NCBI RefSeq assembly: GCF_006345805.1
Contig: NC_042998.1
Span: 6,324,001-6,388,000 of the forward strand
DNA length: 64,000 nucleotides
Source: Octopus sinensis
Taxonomy: Eukaryota
Direction of reading: 5' to 3'
This document shows, piece by piece, positions 39,411 to 52,326 of this stretch. Below the pieces are notes generated by a model. That model saw nothing but the letters and a program-made list of their open reading frames with translations, made no database searches and had not been told where the DNA came from. How positions within the stretch are numbered: the first letter of the stretch is position 1; each line of letters starts with the position of its first letter. Position numbers and translations under genes: made by a program.

Positions 39411-39778
39411 TCTTTTACTTGTTTCAATCATTTGACTGCAGCCATGCTGGAGCACCGCCTTTAGTCAAGCAGATCAACCCCAGGACTTATACTTTGTAAG
39501 CCTAGTACTTATTCTATCAGTCTCTTTTGCCAAACCGCTAAGTTACGGGGACGTAAACACACCAGCATCAGTTGTCAAGTGATGTTGAGGGAACAAACAC
39601 AAACACACAAACATATACATATATACAACGGGCTTCTTTCAGTTTCTGTCTACCAAATCCACTCACAAGGCTTTGGTCTACCCGAGGCTATAGTATAAGA
39701 CACTTGCCCAAGGTACCACACAGTGGGACTGAACCCAGAACCATGCAAGCTACTTACCACACAGCCACTACTGCGCCT
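39411..39778 (-). mobile_element. SINE-E
   Basis: Similarity to the other E copies; small deletion in the head. Confidence 0.87.
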
Positions 39779-40140
39779 ATCTCAGCAGATTTTCTATAAA
39801 TAACCAAGCAGTTTAGAAGTATTATGTGTGTGTCTGTCCCTGCAATCACTTGACAACTGGTGTTGTCTATCAAAAGAAACCATTACATTCAATACCAGAC
39901 TTAAAAGATATGCACTGAGGTTGATATATTCAACTTAACCCTTCGTAGTGGTGCTCCATCATGGCCACAGTTCGATGACTAAAATAGAAAATACACACAC
40001 GCACAGAGTCAGAAAACAAATATTTATGCTATTTGTTGACAGCGGTTTCAGAGCTTGCGTTTGATATGTAAGCAATGCTACATGATTTGTCATGAAAATA
40101 TATAAGTATATATGCATTATATATATATATATATATATTA

Positions 40141-41460
40141 CAGGGTGGAGCTGAGAGGATGGATGCTTTTGAAATGGCAACTACTCAGCCCAAGGGGGAG
40201 GGACATGTGTCCAACAGGTACCATTTCGTTCATGGTGTCTTAGCATTTTTTTTTCTTTTCAGGTGAAGCCATGACACTGTGGTCAATAGAGCATTGCATG
40301 TTTGCCTACGACAGTTAGGTGAAGACTAAGAACTCTAACACAGCAGTTCAGTGTGAGTTTCAGTGCTACTTCAACATTCACCAAAATCAGGTTGTTCCCA
40401 CTTATAACACAATCTTACATTGGGTGAATGCACTTTGTACACAAGGTACACTAATGAATAAAAGACTGGTGGGGGTACCACGAACAGTACAGATGCTGGA
40501 AAATGTAGAATGCATCAGACAAGCTTTGATACAGAGTCTGAATCACTCTGCTCAAAGGTATTCCACTGAACTGGGTATCGGTAATCAATTAGTAAGATGT
40601 ATTTTGCATAAAGACCTGCATTTTCATCCACACAAACATTGGGCAACAGTTGAAACCATGGGACTGCGCACAGCAGCTTAGCTTCGCATGTCACATGGAA
40701 GCAATTTTTAAGGCAAATGCCAACCTCATTTTTTTTTATGAGTGATAAATCTCATTTTCATCTCAATGGCATGGCGAATCAACAGAACTATCGTTACTGG
40801 GCTCTTGAAAATCTGAGAGAACTGTACAGCCCAAAAGTGATGGTCTGATGAGATGTTGGAAAAGCTGCTGTCATTGGTCCTTACATTTTTGAAGACAATA
40901 ATGGAAACATTGCTACTGTGAACTCCGAGCATTGCACTAAGATGATAAACAACTTTGTTGTGACTGATTTATGGCAAAAACATATGCCTATTCAATGTGT
41001 GTGGTTTCAGCAGGATGGGGCAATGACTCACACAGCCAGAGCATCAATGGACATTCTTTGCTCTCTCTTCAGTGACAACCTCATTTCCAGGTTTGCTGTC
41101 ATTCCTTGGCCCCCTCAGTCCCGATTTGTCCATATGTGATTATTTCTTGTGGGGAAACCTCAAGGCACGTGTGTATGTGCCTAAGCCCCGTACATTGGAT
41201 GATTTGAAGGAAGCTATTCACGTGGAAGTCACGCAAATCGACAGAACAATGCTGGAGAGAGTGGAAGCCAACATCCAAGAACCCCCTCCAGAAATGCATC
41301 AGTGAAGATGGGCACCACATGATGGATGATGTTTTCCACGCTTGATTTTGACAAACCTTAATTTATTGCAAACACATTGATGTCAATAAAATTTGTTTGC
41401 AGCTAAAATTACTGAATTTGTTAATATTTCAAAAATGTCCATCCTCTCTGACTCACCCAG
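40141..41460 (+). mobile_element. Full-length degenerate Tc1/mariner (maT/rosa-like)
   Basis: TA-flanked TIRs cagggtggagctgagaggatgga / tccatcctctctgactcacccag. Frameshifted transposase pieces WFQQDGAMTHTARASM and SPDLSICDYFLWGNLKARVY. Subfamily assignment tentative. Confidence 0.88.
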
Positions 41461-41825
41461 TATATACATGCACGCACACGTGCACACACACACGAATATA
41501 ACTGTGCTATAACATAACAGACTACACAGTATTTCATTTTATAATCACAGACAATAAATGTATTTGACCAACTTATCGAACTTTCAGATTATGAAACAGC
41601 TGTCAACAAATGAAATAAATGCCTATTCTCTCACTTCGCTTCTATTATCTGATCAATTTTTATACATACTCTCCACTACAGCTGTTCCTGGCTTTTCAGA
41701 ATGACAGTGAGACTATATCCTATCCCTAACCAGTTTCACAATAACAACTCAGAAGGGAAGACAAGCTTAGGGTGAGCTCTGTTTTGATTCAGTGACTATC
41801 TATTCTTGTTATATATATATATATA

Positions 41826-42205
41826 TCTCTATATAAATGGCAGTTTGTCTGTGCGTGTTTCTGTGTGTCTGTTTGCTTGTACCCTCACCCTGACCACGGC
41901 TTTCAACCGATTCTGATGAAACTTGACACACACATAGCCCAATGTCATAATTCAAAACTAACGCAGCGAAAATTTTGAAAAGTTCCCCCAGTTCTGAAAA
42001 AAATCGATAAATTCGACATGGGGTCGAGAATCAGAAACACGAACCACAAACTGTCTAGGGGACGCAACTCCACCTTTTTTAAATCTCAAAAAAATATTTA
42101 CCATCATTTTTTTCCATTTTTTTGCTATTTTTTGGCTATAACTCTCTAAAAATGCTTTATAGTTATTTCCCTTACAAACCTGAGCAACGCCGGGCGATAC
42201 TGCTA

Positions 42206-42206
<1 letters not shown>
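41826..42206 (+). mobile_element. Non-autonomous Helitron
   Basis: A/TC start and ..gagcaacgccgggcgatactgCTAG/T end; sits in (TA)n; shares its 3' ~100 bp with the 16563 copy. Confidence 0.82.
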
Positions 42207-42283
<77 letters not shown>

Positions 42284-42528
42284 TAATATAGGATGAAGTT
42301 TTTTTACAGAAAAAAATTTTATCAAAAAGTGGCAGCATATAAAATACCTTTAAAGGTTAAAATTATATACAACTTATCAACAAGGGCAAAAGAAAATTAT
42401 TTCCATGCCAATATGCTGATAACAGACTTTTAAATCGTCAATTTCCACACATTATATACCCACTACAGAAATACGTTGTGCTGAAATCGAGGAAGCTAGT
42501 CAACAGAATTTTTTTTAAAAGTTCGTTA

Positions 42529-43135
42529 TTTCTATATTGAATCAATTTCGGAATTAATCTCATAGATTTTTTTCCTCTTCAGTAGAAAATACGATAAGAA
42601 TTAAATGAAATACTTACATGCGCCTATGGAAAAAAAAGCCGAAGCAAAAGTCAAGAGTACAAATAAGTACCCTAGATATGTCTAAATATAAAATCCTTTG
42701 GCTAGCCTCAGCACACGTGTGAACTGTTCCCCACAACAGCTTATAGTGGTTACCAGTCCCTATAGCGAATAGTAATAAATCTACTACTAATATATTTCTA
42801 TATTGAATCAATTTCAGAATTAATCTCGTAGATTTTTTCCTCTTCAGTAGAAAATACGATAAGAATTAAATGAACTGTTCCCCACCACAGCTTATAGTGG
42901 TTATCAGTCCCTATAGTGAATAGTAATAAATCTACTACTAATATATTTCTATAGTGAATCAATTTCGGAATTAATCTCGTAGATTTTTTCCTCTTCAGTA
43001 GAAAATACGATAAGAATTAAATGAACTGTTCCCCACCACAGCTTATAGTGGTTACCAGTCTCTATAGCGAATAATAATAAATCTACTACTAATATAAGAT
43101 GAAGTTTTTTACAGAAAAGTGGCAGCATACTAAAA
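42529..43135. repeat. 151 bp tandem repeat and local rearrangement
   Basis: gaactgttcccc starts at 42721, 42872 and 43023. Module B also occurs at 42529-42609, and 43097-43140 re-copies 42291-42350. Confidence 0.92.
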
Positions 43136-43471
43136 TACCTATATATATGTAGAGAAAGACACAGACAGACAGAGTCAATGGAGTAATACTCATAGTGATT
43201 ATCAGTAATACTGCTCATGGAGACTGCCCAGAAATAGCAAATAGGTAATTTAAATTGAGTTAACATCTTGCTTGATTTCTAGAACTCTTTATACGTTTGA
43301 TTTTTTTTTTTTTTTTTTTGCTGTGACTGTCAATTACATAGATAATGTCAGTGCACCAGAAATCTTCAAAATCATTAAATCTCAGATGTGAGACCCTATC
43401 ATACATTTGTAATTAGTATGCAGAATGCTTCCCTGAGGGATTTCCTCCTCAATCATAATGTAGAAAATAAC

Positions 43472-43481
<10 letters not shown>

Positions 43482-43518
<37 letters not shown>

Positions 43519-43610
43519 TTGTGCATGTATTTACATGTATAAACACAAACACATATTTATATATGTACATATAAATATATATGCATTCATATAGATATAT
43601 GCACACACAT

Positions 43611-43663
<53 letters not shown>

Positions 43664-44126
43664 TATAACAAACACTCCCACACTAAGTAAAACGAACACA
43701 GTGGAAGATTTTTCATGAAAAACAAAAGGAAATTGATAAAACTAATTCTAGATACGTGCATGACTCAATGGGGTTATCTGCCGAAACAAAAACAAACAGC
43801 AAAACAACAGAACACAGCATTGGAGGAAGGAACCAGAAAATAACATTGGAGAACAAAATGCATGCAGCAAGGAGTGGCATAAAATGTGACATCAAACAGT
43901 GATGAAGTTAAATATACCTTCGAGCCATAACTGTCTTTTTCGTAGTTCAGGTATATAGATCTTTTTATATATTAACATATATATAGACATGTATATGAAT
44001 ATAAATAATTATATATATATATAATATATATATATATATAAAAACACACACAAAAAATATATGTATCTATGCATCTTTTTGACTATATATATATATGCAC
44101 AAACACACACATATATACATAAACAG

Positions 44127-44161
<35 letters not shown>

Positions 44162-44260
44162 ATATACACACATATATATATATATATATATATAATGTAT
44201 AATATATAAAACATGTACATGTAATAATACATGGGTGTGTGTGTGTGTGTGTGTGTTGCA
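43482..44260. repeat. Cluster of (TA)n/(CA)n/(GT)n tracts
   Basis: Several tracts separated by short unique sequence. Confidence 0.9.
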
Positions 44261-44671
44261 AAAATTATAAATAACATGCAGAGGAGGTAAAAAAAAACAA
44301 GCAAACAGCGTGTATTTGCATTATGCTTTGGCAAAATAGGAAAAGTATTTTACGTTTCAAGCACAGACTCCTCAGCAGAAAGAATACATGAGGAGAGAAA
44401 AACATGGTGAGAGTAAAGAACAAATGTGTCTGCATGCTGAAATGACCAGAAGAGGAAGGGGTTACATGAGGCATGAGTCACAAGGGGGGACAACTGTGAG
44501 AGGTGACTTGAGGGATGAATAGCAGAGGAGACACGTGTTTCCTCATGTATACATGTATACTCTATTAGTTTGAGTGTGTATATGTGTCTCATTGTTTGCT
44601 ACTGATGTATATGTATATGAAGCTACCAGACATGTGTGCATCCTTGTTTTGCATCTATGGGCATATGATGC

Positions 44672-44710
<39 letters not shown>

Positions 44711-45707
44711 GCAATTAAGCATGTGTGAAAGAGCACATGTATGTATGAAGCTATAGCATACAGGTATACTGTGTGTGTTTGTGCATGTAAATGTATGTAA
44801 GCATGCATGCTGTTTTGTGCATGTGGATGTTATGTGCATCATATTGGATAGAGGCACTGGAAATGAATGTAGTAGGTGTTGGGAAGTGCAGCTGTATTTG
44901 TGTGTACTTGCCACCATAAATAAGAAGATGAGTAGCAAGGGGACTATAGTGGAAATGTGTGTGAAGTAAGAAAGATGGTTTGAGTGTGTGTGTGCATGCA
45001 TTTTGAAAGTGTTGGTGTATGCGGTTTTAGGTAAGGAGTTCACTGGTGTAGAGTAGATGTATGTGGTGTAGAAGTTAAGCAGACTAAGTGTCATTACTGA
45101 GTCTAATGTCTAGTGATGTTTTGCAAAATGGCCAGCCAATGTCAACCAGTTTGTCCAATGTATAGGGAGTGGCAAAGAGAGCAATATACTTTTAACTTGC
45201 ATTTATGGATGCATGCAAGCATGTATGTATGTACATATATATGTATATAGTTGTACTAATGAAGTCAAACTAAATAACGATGTGTTGAAAATCATTTAAT
45301 TCATATATTTCAGGTTTGTGTAATATATAATATCAAATGCATCCATTACATAAACCTTCCTCAGTTAAAGCATTTCAAAAACTTCATGATTTCAAAATGG
45401 CACTATTTGGTCTGATTTCATTATTACAGCCAGTACGAATCGATGCCAGTACAAACTGGCCAATCTTGACTCCACTTATGCAGATACTCCTACAGCAATT
45501 TGGAGTAATTCATTACATTTTATCAGAGTCAAAAATTTTGATACTGTGCACTGCTCTTTAGCATAACACAAAATGTGTGTATTTGTGTGTGTGTGTGTTC
45601 ACTATTTTTATTTGTCATTTAATATGCATTTTACATGCATCCATTCTTTGAATTTGGTGCAGATATTAGAAGAAACATTCACACAAACTCATGTGTGTGT
45701 GTGTGTA

Positions 45708-45936
45708 TTAAGGCTACCATTGGTTTCATGTTATGAAAAATATCTTAACATCTTAACAATTTTTCAAGCCAATCACATGGAGGAATGGCGTTCATCTACA
45801 TTTTGAATGAAATCCTAAAACGTTTTGTGTTTTCATCCATAATGGGGATTGAACACCATTCCTTCATGTCGTCAGCTTGAAAGATTGTTAAACTATTAAG
45901 ATATTTTTTCTTACATGAAACCAATGGTAGCCTTAA
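45708..45936. mobile_element. Foldback MITE with TA flanks
   Basis: ttaaggctaccattggtttcatgt.. / ..acatgaaaccaatggtagccttaa; the arms pair over nearly the whole 229 bp. Confidence 0.88.
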
Positions 45937-46189
45937 TACACAAATACAGAAATTTTATCCACCAATGTGGTGTTGAGCACTCCATTCTTGTTGTTCAACA
46001 TTTACACACACACACACACACATATATATATATTTCTTCAAAAGATTTTAAACATTATGAAGAAAATCTTTGAATAAATGCAATTTAGTTCAGCTATGTT
46101 AATTTTTTTTCTTTTTTATCCAATTTAGAACAAGTTATCCCTATGAGATTCTAAAGACTATAGCAAAATAAAGACACAGATACATATGA

Positions 46190-46202
46190 TAACAACAACA
46201 AC

Positions 46203-46239
<37 letters not shown>

Positions 46240-46367
46240 GTAATAATAATAGTAATAATAATAATAATAAATAATAATAATAATAGTATAATAATAATAA
46301 TAAAATAATAATAATAATAATAATATAATAATAATAATAATATATAATAATAATAATAGTAATAATA

Positions 46368-46406
<39 letters not shown>

Positions 46407-46420
46407 GTAATTAATAATAG

Positions 46421-46497
<77 letters not shown>

Positions 46498-46498
46498 C
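46190..46498. repeat. (AAT)n microsatellite with AGT interruptions
   Basis: Direct reading. Confidence 0.98.
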
Positions 46499-47075
46499 AA
46501 GAGGTAGGAAGAGTGGAAGTGGGGAGAGACTCTAAATATAATGAAATATGAAAATATCGAGGATTTAAAACCAAAAGAAGAATTTTACAAAAACAAAACT
46601 TTCAGAAAAAGAAAATGGAAAATTGAAAATAAACACTAAAAAAAAACACACAAGGCAGTGTAAATAAATGTGAATGAAAACTAAACAAAGATATGAGAAA
46701 TTATATTAGATATGATAAAACTTAGAAAAAACCCACCAATGCAGAGTGAAGAGATACAAGAAACAAAATAAGTTCACTACTTTGTTTTTCACAAAAATAG
46801 CTATTTACAATAAGGAAGTAATTTTTATTGTATTTCATTTTATCACAAGAATAACTTGAGAATGCTTCCCATGACTAGTGCTGCCAATATAGAAATTCTA
46901 AAGACACAACAACATTCACTGTTCCAGAAAACAAAGGTTAGAAAATCTGAGTGTTTTTCATTTACTTTTTTTTTCTGTCTTTAAATTTTCATATTGGTAT
47001 TTTGTTTTTTGTTTTTTGTTTTGTTTTTAATATCTTTTAGCTAGGAAGCAAAGTAGTGTGTATGATTCTTCACAG

Positions 47076-47722
47076 CAGTGGTCTCCAACCTATTTTTGGA
47101 CGAAGGACCAGTTCCAATCCAAGACAATATTTTCCCTGGACCAGGACATAATAATTAAGTGCCTAACAGATGAATTAGGACAACTGTATAAAGAAGTGCC
47201 AATCAGTTAATGTGGCTGGAACCTGGGGAAAAGGGCAAACCATGCAGATATGGGATGAAGTGGTGAAGGCTGACCTTAGGACCCAGAAACACATGGAAGA
47301 GATGACAATGGCCCAAGATTTCTAGCAATATGAGGGTTTTGAAAAAACTTGCCCTCTTAACAAAACATATTGTATACAAGCAGTCCTTCAGTTTTTCTAA
47401 ACCCTGTAAAAAGAACTCAGAAGGTTGAGCCTCCAACCAGGCTTTTTGCAATACCCTTATACCCAGGAACTTTTCAGCACCTTTCTCGTATTGTGCTCTC
47501 CACCAACATTACACCAATTTACCCTTCCCCAATGAACCAAAATGTCCTCCTACTCAATGGATTCTGTCAAACCATTCAATCCCTGCCAGGATGGAACACA
47601 GACATTAAGTGGTGATGATGATATAATGCAAAAACACTCAACAGACAGCAAATAGTCAATAAAAGAGAAATACAATTTTAAAATTTATTTTTTATATGCA
47701 GCCCAGTAGTTGGGTATCCCTG
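47076..47722. mobile_element. Possible hAT-type relic with nested insertions
   Basis: Ends cagtggtctccaac and gttgggtatccctg. The 8 bp flanks cttcacag and ctttaaag (after removing the TTAA MITE) match at 6 of 8 positions. Confidence 0.35.
47385..47490 (-). mobile_element. Mariner-derived short fragment
   Basis: TIR-like tacgag..gtgctgaaaagttcctgg joined directly to C-terminal coding AWLEAQPSEFFLQGLEKLK. Confidence 0.55.
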
Positions 47723-47728
47723 CTTTAA

Positions 47729-47945
47729 CCCTTTAGTGTTCGCATTATTCTGCCAAAATCCTTTTTTATCCACATTGCTTTAAAATAATCATGCATTATC
47801 TTGTAGTTATGAGATTATGATGAGTTAGCTGTTAATTTTTAAGATGATATTGTAGGGCTGGTGTGAGTGACCAGATCTGGCCAGTTTGAACATAAAACAG
47901 GCAGAATACTTTTGGCCGGATATGGCCAGTTTAAATGCTAAAGGG
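47729..47945 (-). mobile_element. TTAA-flanked MITE-2, complete
   Basis: TTAA-CCCTTTAG..CTAAAGGG-TTAA, 217 bp. Related pieces near 7065-7500, 13300, 22260, 24640, 48130 and 60675-61330. Confidence 0.8.
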
Positions 47946-48270
47946 TTAAAGGGCAGCTGAGACTAGTGAGAAGAATGTATCCTCAAAGTGGAGACCTGGC
48001 TCAAATTCTTGCAGTAGAGCGTCCCCCTCTCTGCTCAAAGTATCCATGATGCCTGGTGGTAGTGTTAAGTCAGTTTAAATTTACATAGGAAGCTTAAACT
48101 TAAGACTAATTCTGGCATTAGGTATTTAAGCCTTTAGCATTCAAACCTGCCACATCCAGCCAAAACATTCTGCTTTATGTTCAAAATGGCCAGATCTGAC
48201 TTCTCACACTAGCCTTGCAATATCATTCTAAAAATTAACAGTTACCTTATCAAAATCTCAAAATACAAGT

Positions 48271-48697
48271 TACTCTTTACTCTTTTACTCTCTTTTACTT
48301 GTTTCAGTCATTTGACTGCGGCCATGCTGGAGCACCGCCTTTAATCAAGCAACTCGACCCCGGGACTTATTCTTTGTAAGCCCAGTACTTATTCTATCGG
48401 TCTCTTTTGCCGAACCACTAAGTGACGGGGACGTAAACACACCAGCATCGGTTGTCAAGCAATGCAATGCTAGGGGGACAAACACACAAACAAACACACA
48501 CACACACACACACAAACACACATAAATATATATACATATATACGACAGGCTTCTTTCAGTTTCCGTCTACCAAATCCACTCACAAGGCATTGGTCAGCCC
48601 GAGGCTATAGCAGAAGACACTTGCCTAAGGTGCCACGCAGTGGGACTGAACCCGGAACCATGTGGTTGGTTAGCAAGCTACTTACCACACAGCCACT
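48271..48697 (-). mobile_element. SINE-E
   Basis: Near full length. Confidence 0.9.
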
Positions 48698-48879
48698 ACA
48701 TTTTCATCATAACCAAGTGCCATCATTTGTCTTTAATGTTTCATAGATGCAGGTGTGGCTGTGTGACTGAGAAGCTTGCTTCTCAACCATGTGGTCTTGG
48801 GTTCAATCCCACTGCACAGCATCTTGGGCAAGTATCTTCTACTATATTGCTGGGATGACCAAAGCTTTGCAAGTGGATT

Positions 48880-49266
48880 AAGTAGCTTGCTTACAAACCA
48901 CATGGTTCCGGGTTCAGTCCCACTGCGTGGCATCTTGGGCAAGTGTCTTCTGCTATAGCCCTGGGCCGACCAATGCCTTGTGAGTGGATTTTGTAGACGG
49001 AAACTGAAAGAAGCCTGTCGTATATATGTATATATATGTATGTATGTGTTTGTGTGTGTGTGTGTGTGTTTGTCCCCCTAGCATTGCTTGACAACCGATG
49101 CTGGTGTGTTTACGTCCCCGTTACATAGCGGTTCGGCAAAAGAGACGATAGAATAAGTACTGGGCTTACAAAGAATACGTCCCGGCGTCAATTTGCTAGA
49201 CTAAAGGCGGTGCTCCAGCATGGCCGCAGTCAAATGACTGAAACAAGTAAAAAGAGTAAAAAGAGT
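48880..49266 (+). mobile_element. SINE-E
   Basis: Near full length; inverted relative to the 48271 copy. Confidence 0.9.
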
Positions 49267-50749
49267 ATAAGCCTAGGAGGGTGTGTGTATGTGGTAGAGG
49301 TGGTGGGAAATTGTGTGCAGCCTCATCTGGACATCATGTGATGGTTGTAAATGAGCATCACTGTCATACAAGTGAGGTGGTTTATTTCCAGTCTTCTGCG
49401 AAAAACATGTCTGGTAATGGAGAAATACTATTTTGCTCGGAAATAGGTAAGAGTCGGTAAGAGGAAGGGCACCCAGCCATAGAAAATCTGCCTCAACGAA
49501 TTCCATCTGATCCATACAAGCATGGAATTGTGAACATATGATGAGCATGATTCAACTCATGGGTTTACATGCTAAACCACTCCCCTAAAACTACTTGGCA
49601 AATTATCACTGCAAATTAATATGGTTTAACATTGTATTTACAATAATTCTTTTGATACCAAACTGTTGTGGTCACACCTTCTTTGTCACCAGTCTGTGAA
49701 TATCTTAACATTTTCATTACCTGCCAAATCCAATACCGCATGAGGTATTACACAATCCTAGATTACTAACCAGTCCAATAGCACTAGTAATTAATTATTC
49801 ATATTTAAATGAGAATATGTTATAAAGTCTCATTAATATATTAATGATAACATGATTTTCATTAGATAATCACTTGCTGTAAGGTCTTTGACATTTTTAT
49901 AACATAAAATTTATGTTCTTCAAATTTTAGGAGATATTTTCCCCCATCCTTCACACCATTACCAGTATCTTTTCTGTAACTTTTACACTTAAAACAAACG
50001 GATACTAGCATCACGCTCAGTACTAGAAACTGAATTTGAATGATTTTGAAAAAAAGAAGTGGTAGCAGCAAATGAAATGTACAACAAGCATGACCAAGTG
50101 TTGCATGTCGAGTTGAATATTTCAATTTCCGATAAAGGTAGTAACTCCAACAGTGATATTGAAAAGCGAGAATGAATTTATTTCTGAAACACAATGGAGC
50201 AAGCATTCAAAAATTATTTCTCTTCAAAATTGTGGGGAAACAAGTCGAAATCACAAGCCTTTTCAATGACACAAAACTAGTCTATTTCCTTTTATTTTTT
50301 TTACCCCATTGAAATGTTCCAAACAAAAAGTGAAAACAAATCATTATACATAAACAAAGGAAAAAGGAAGATAGACTACGGTCTTGCACATGCATGAATG
50401 AAATTTGGGTTATTTTTTGTAGTAAATATAATAAGCATTAGAAATCTACCCATGATTATCAAAGCTCATTGCATTTAATGCACAGATGAATAACCATCAT
50501 TAGTTAATGTCCACTTTTCCATGCTTATATTGAGGCAAATTTTCTATGGCCAGATGCCCTTCTTGTTGCCAATCCTCAACTGTTTCTAAGCAAAATAATA
50601 TCTCCTCATGGCCAGACATGCTTTTGCAGAAAACTGAAAATCAATTATTGAAAATGAATTACACTGCTTGTATGACAGTGACACTCGTTTACAGCTACCC
50701 TGTGATGTCAAGACAAAGAGACACAAACATATACAGATGTGTGTGTTTG

Positions 50750-50792
<43 letters not shown>

Positions 50793-50969
50793 ATGCTTCT
50801 TTAGTTTCTACTGATCACATTTTTTGGTCAGCTACTCACAAGGTTTTGGTCAGCCCAAGGTTAAAGTAGAAGACACCAGCACAAGGTGTCATGCAGTGCA
50901 ACTGGACCTGCGCTTGCTCATTTACAGTTTCTCAACTCAATTTTAATTAAGAAAGCATAATACACAAGA

Positions 50970-51231
50970 GTGGAGACACGTGGCTTAGTGGTTAGGGTGT
51001 CAGCCTCATGATCGTAAGATTGTGGTTTCGATTCCTGGACCGGGCAATGCGTTGTGTTCTTGAGCAAAACGCTTCATTTCACATTGCTCCAGTCCACTCA
51101 GCTGGCAAAAATGATCAATGCTGTGATGGACTGGCATCCCATCCATCTGGGGAACACATACGCCATAGAAACTGGGAAACTGGGCCCATGAGCCTGGCTA
51201 GGCTTTAAAAGAGTGCATTTATTTTTATTTC
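50970..51231 (+). mobile_element. tRNA-headed SINE-D
   Basis: 11 bp TSD aatacacaaga at 50959-69 and 51232-42. Confidence 0.87.
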
Positions 51232-51729
51232 AATACACAAGAACATACATCAAAATTAAAAGTTGTGTTAAAGAGAGATGAGGACTATAACACAGAAAAG
51301 ACATTTACTGAATTTGCAAATCACCATTTTTTTCTTCATCCATTCAGAATTATTTCACATCACAAATGCTCTTAGGGAAGGTTTCCATGTCATAATTTCC
51401 TTTCCGTATTTTAATTACGTGGTTCTCTATTCCCCTGCAATTCACATGCCAAACTGCCATTTGTTCATGCAAAACCAGAACAAACATCGCCACTGCCTAA
51501 GTAATGTCAATATGAAGGCATGTGGAGACAAACATACTGGCAAACGCATGTAAGCTTTAGATGGGATTAAGTGAATCGGAGCAATTAATTTGCATATCAT
51601 AACACAATCTTGACAACTAATTTGATTAATAAATTACTGGATGTGTGTGTGTGTGTGTGAGTGTGTTTGTGTGTGTGCAGTGGATTGCTTTAATGTCCTA
51701 CAGTACTACAGAATATACATGAATAGTGT

Positions 51730-52110
51730 GTAGGCGCAATGGCCCAGTGGTTAGGGCAGCGGACTCGCGGTCATAGGATCGCGGTTTCGATTCCCAGACC
51801 GGGCGTTCTGAGTGTTTATTGAGCGAAAACACCTAAAAGCTCCACGAGGCTCCGGCAGGGGATGGTGGTGATCCCTGCTGTACTCTTTCACCACAACTTT
51901 CTCTCACTCTTACTTCCTGTTTCTGTTGTACCTGTATTTCAAGGGGCCGGCCTTGTCACTCTGTGTCACGCTGAATATCCCCGAGAACTACGTTAAGGGT
52001 GCACATGTCTGTGGAGTGCTCAGCCACTTACACGTTAATTTCACGAGCAGGCTGTTCCGTTGATTCGGATCAACCGGAACCCTCATCGTCGTAACCGACA
52101 GAGTGCTTCC
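51730..52110 (+). mobile_element. tRNA-headed SINE-A
   Basis: 13 bp TSD acatgaatagtgt at 51717-29 and 52111-23. Confidence 0.9.
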
Positions 52111-52326
52111 ACATGAATAGTGTTATATTTTCATAGAAGTATTTTTATATGTATACATAAGACAAAAGTGTTTACAACAATCTATATATATATATTATTG
52201 TGTCTGGGGAGAGTCATTCTCTTTCAGTGCTTTATAACTTAACAAATTCACCAGTTCAATTTCCATTCATTTACTTATTTCTTTTTTTCTGTAACTTCCG
52301 TCATGTCTTGCAACCTCTCAATAATA

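Noticed and set aside
42529-43022. CUGAAGA..GGAA/UUCC..GAAA on the minus strand of the 151 bp repeat as a hammerhead
   Set aside because: Stem II is plausible, but stem I is out of register by about 5 nt and the triplet would be AUU or UUC with a mismatch; likely AT-rich coincidence. A cmsearch would settle it.
42721-43095. CRISPR-like array
   Set aside because: Whole units repeat with no unique spacers, in a eukaryotic context with no cas genes.
44340-44378. CUGAGGA..GAAACGUA on the minus strand
   Set aside because: No credible stem I or stem II.
44543-45094. 183 aa minus-strand ORF
   Set aside because: Degenerate GT/AT low-complexity sequence giving His/Thr/Tyr-biased translation.
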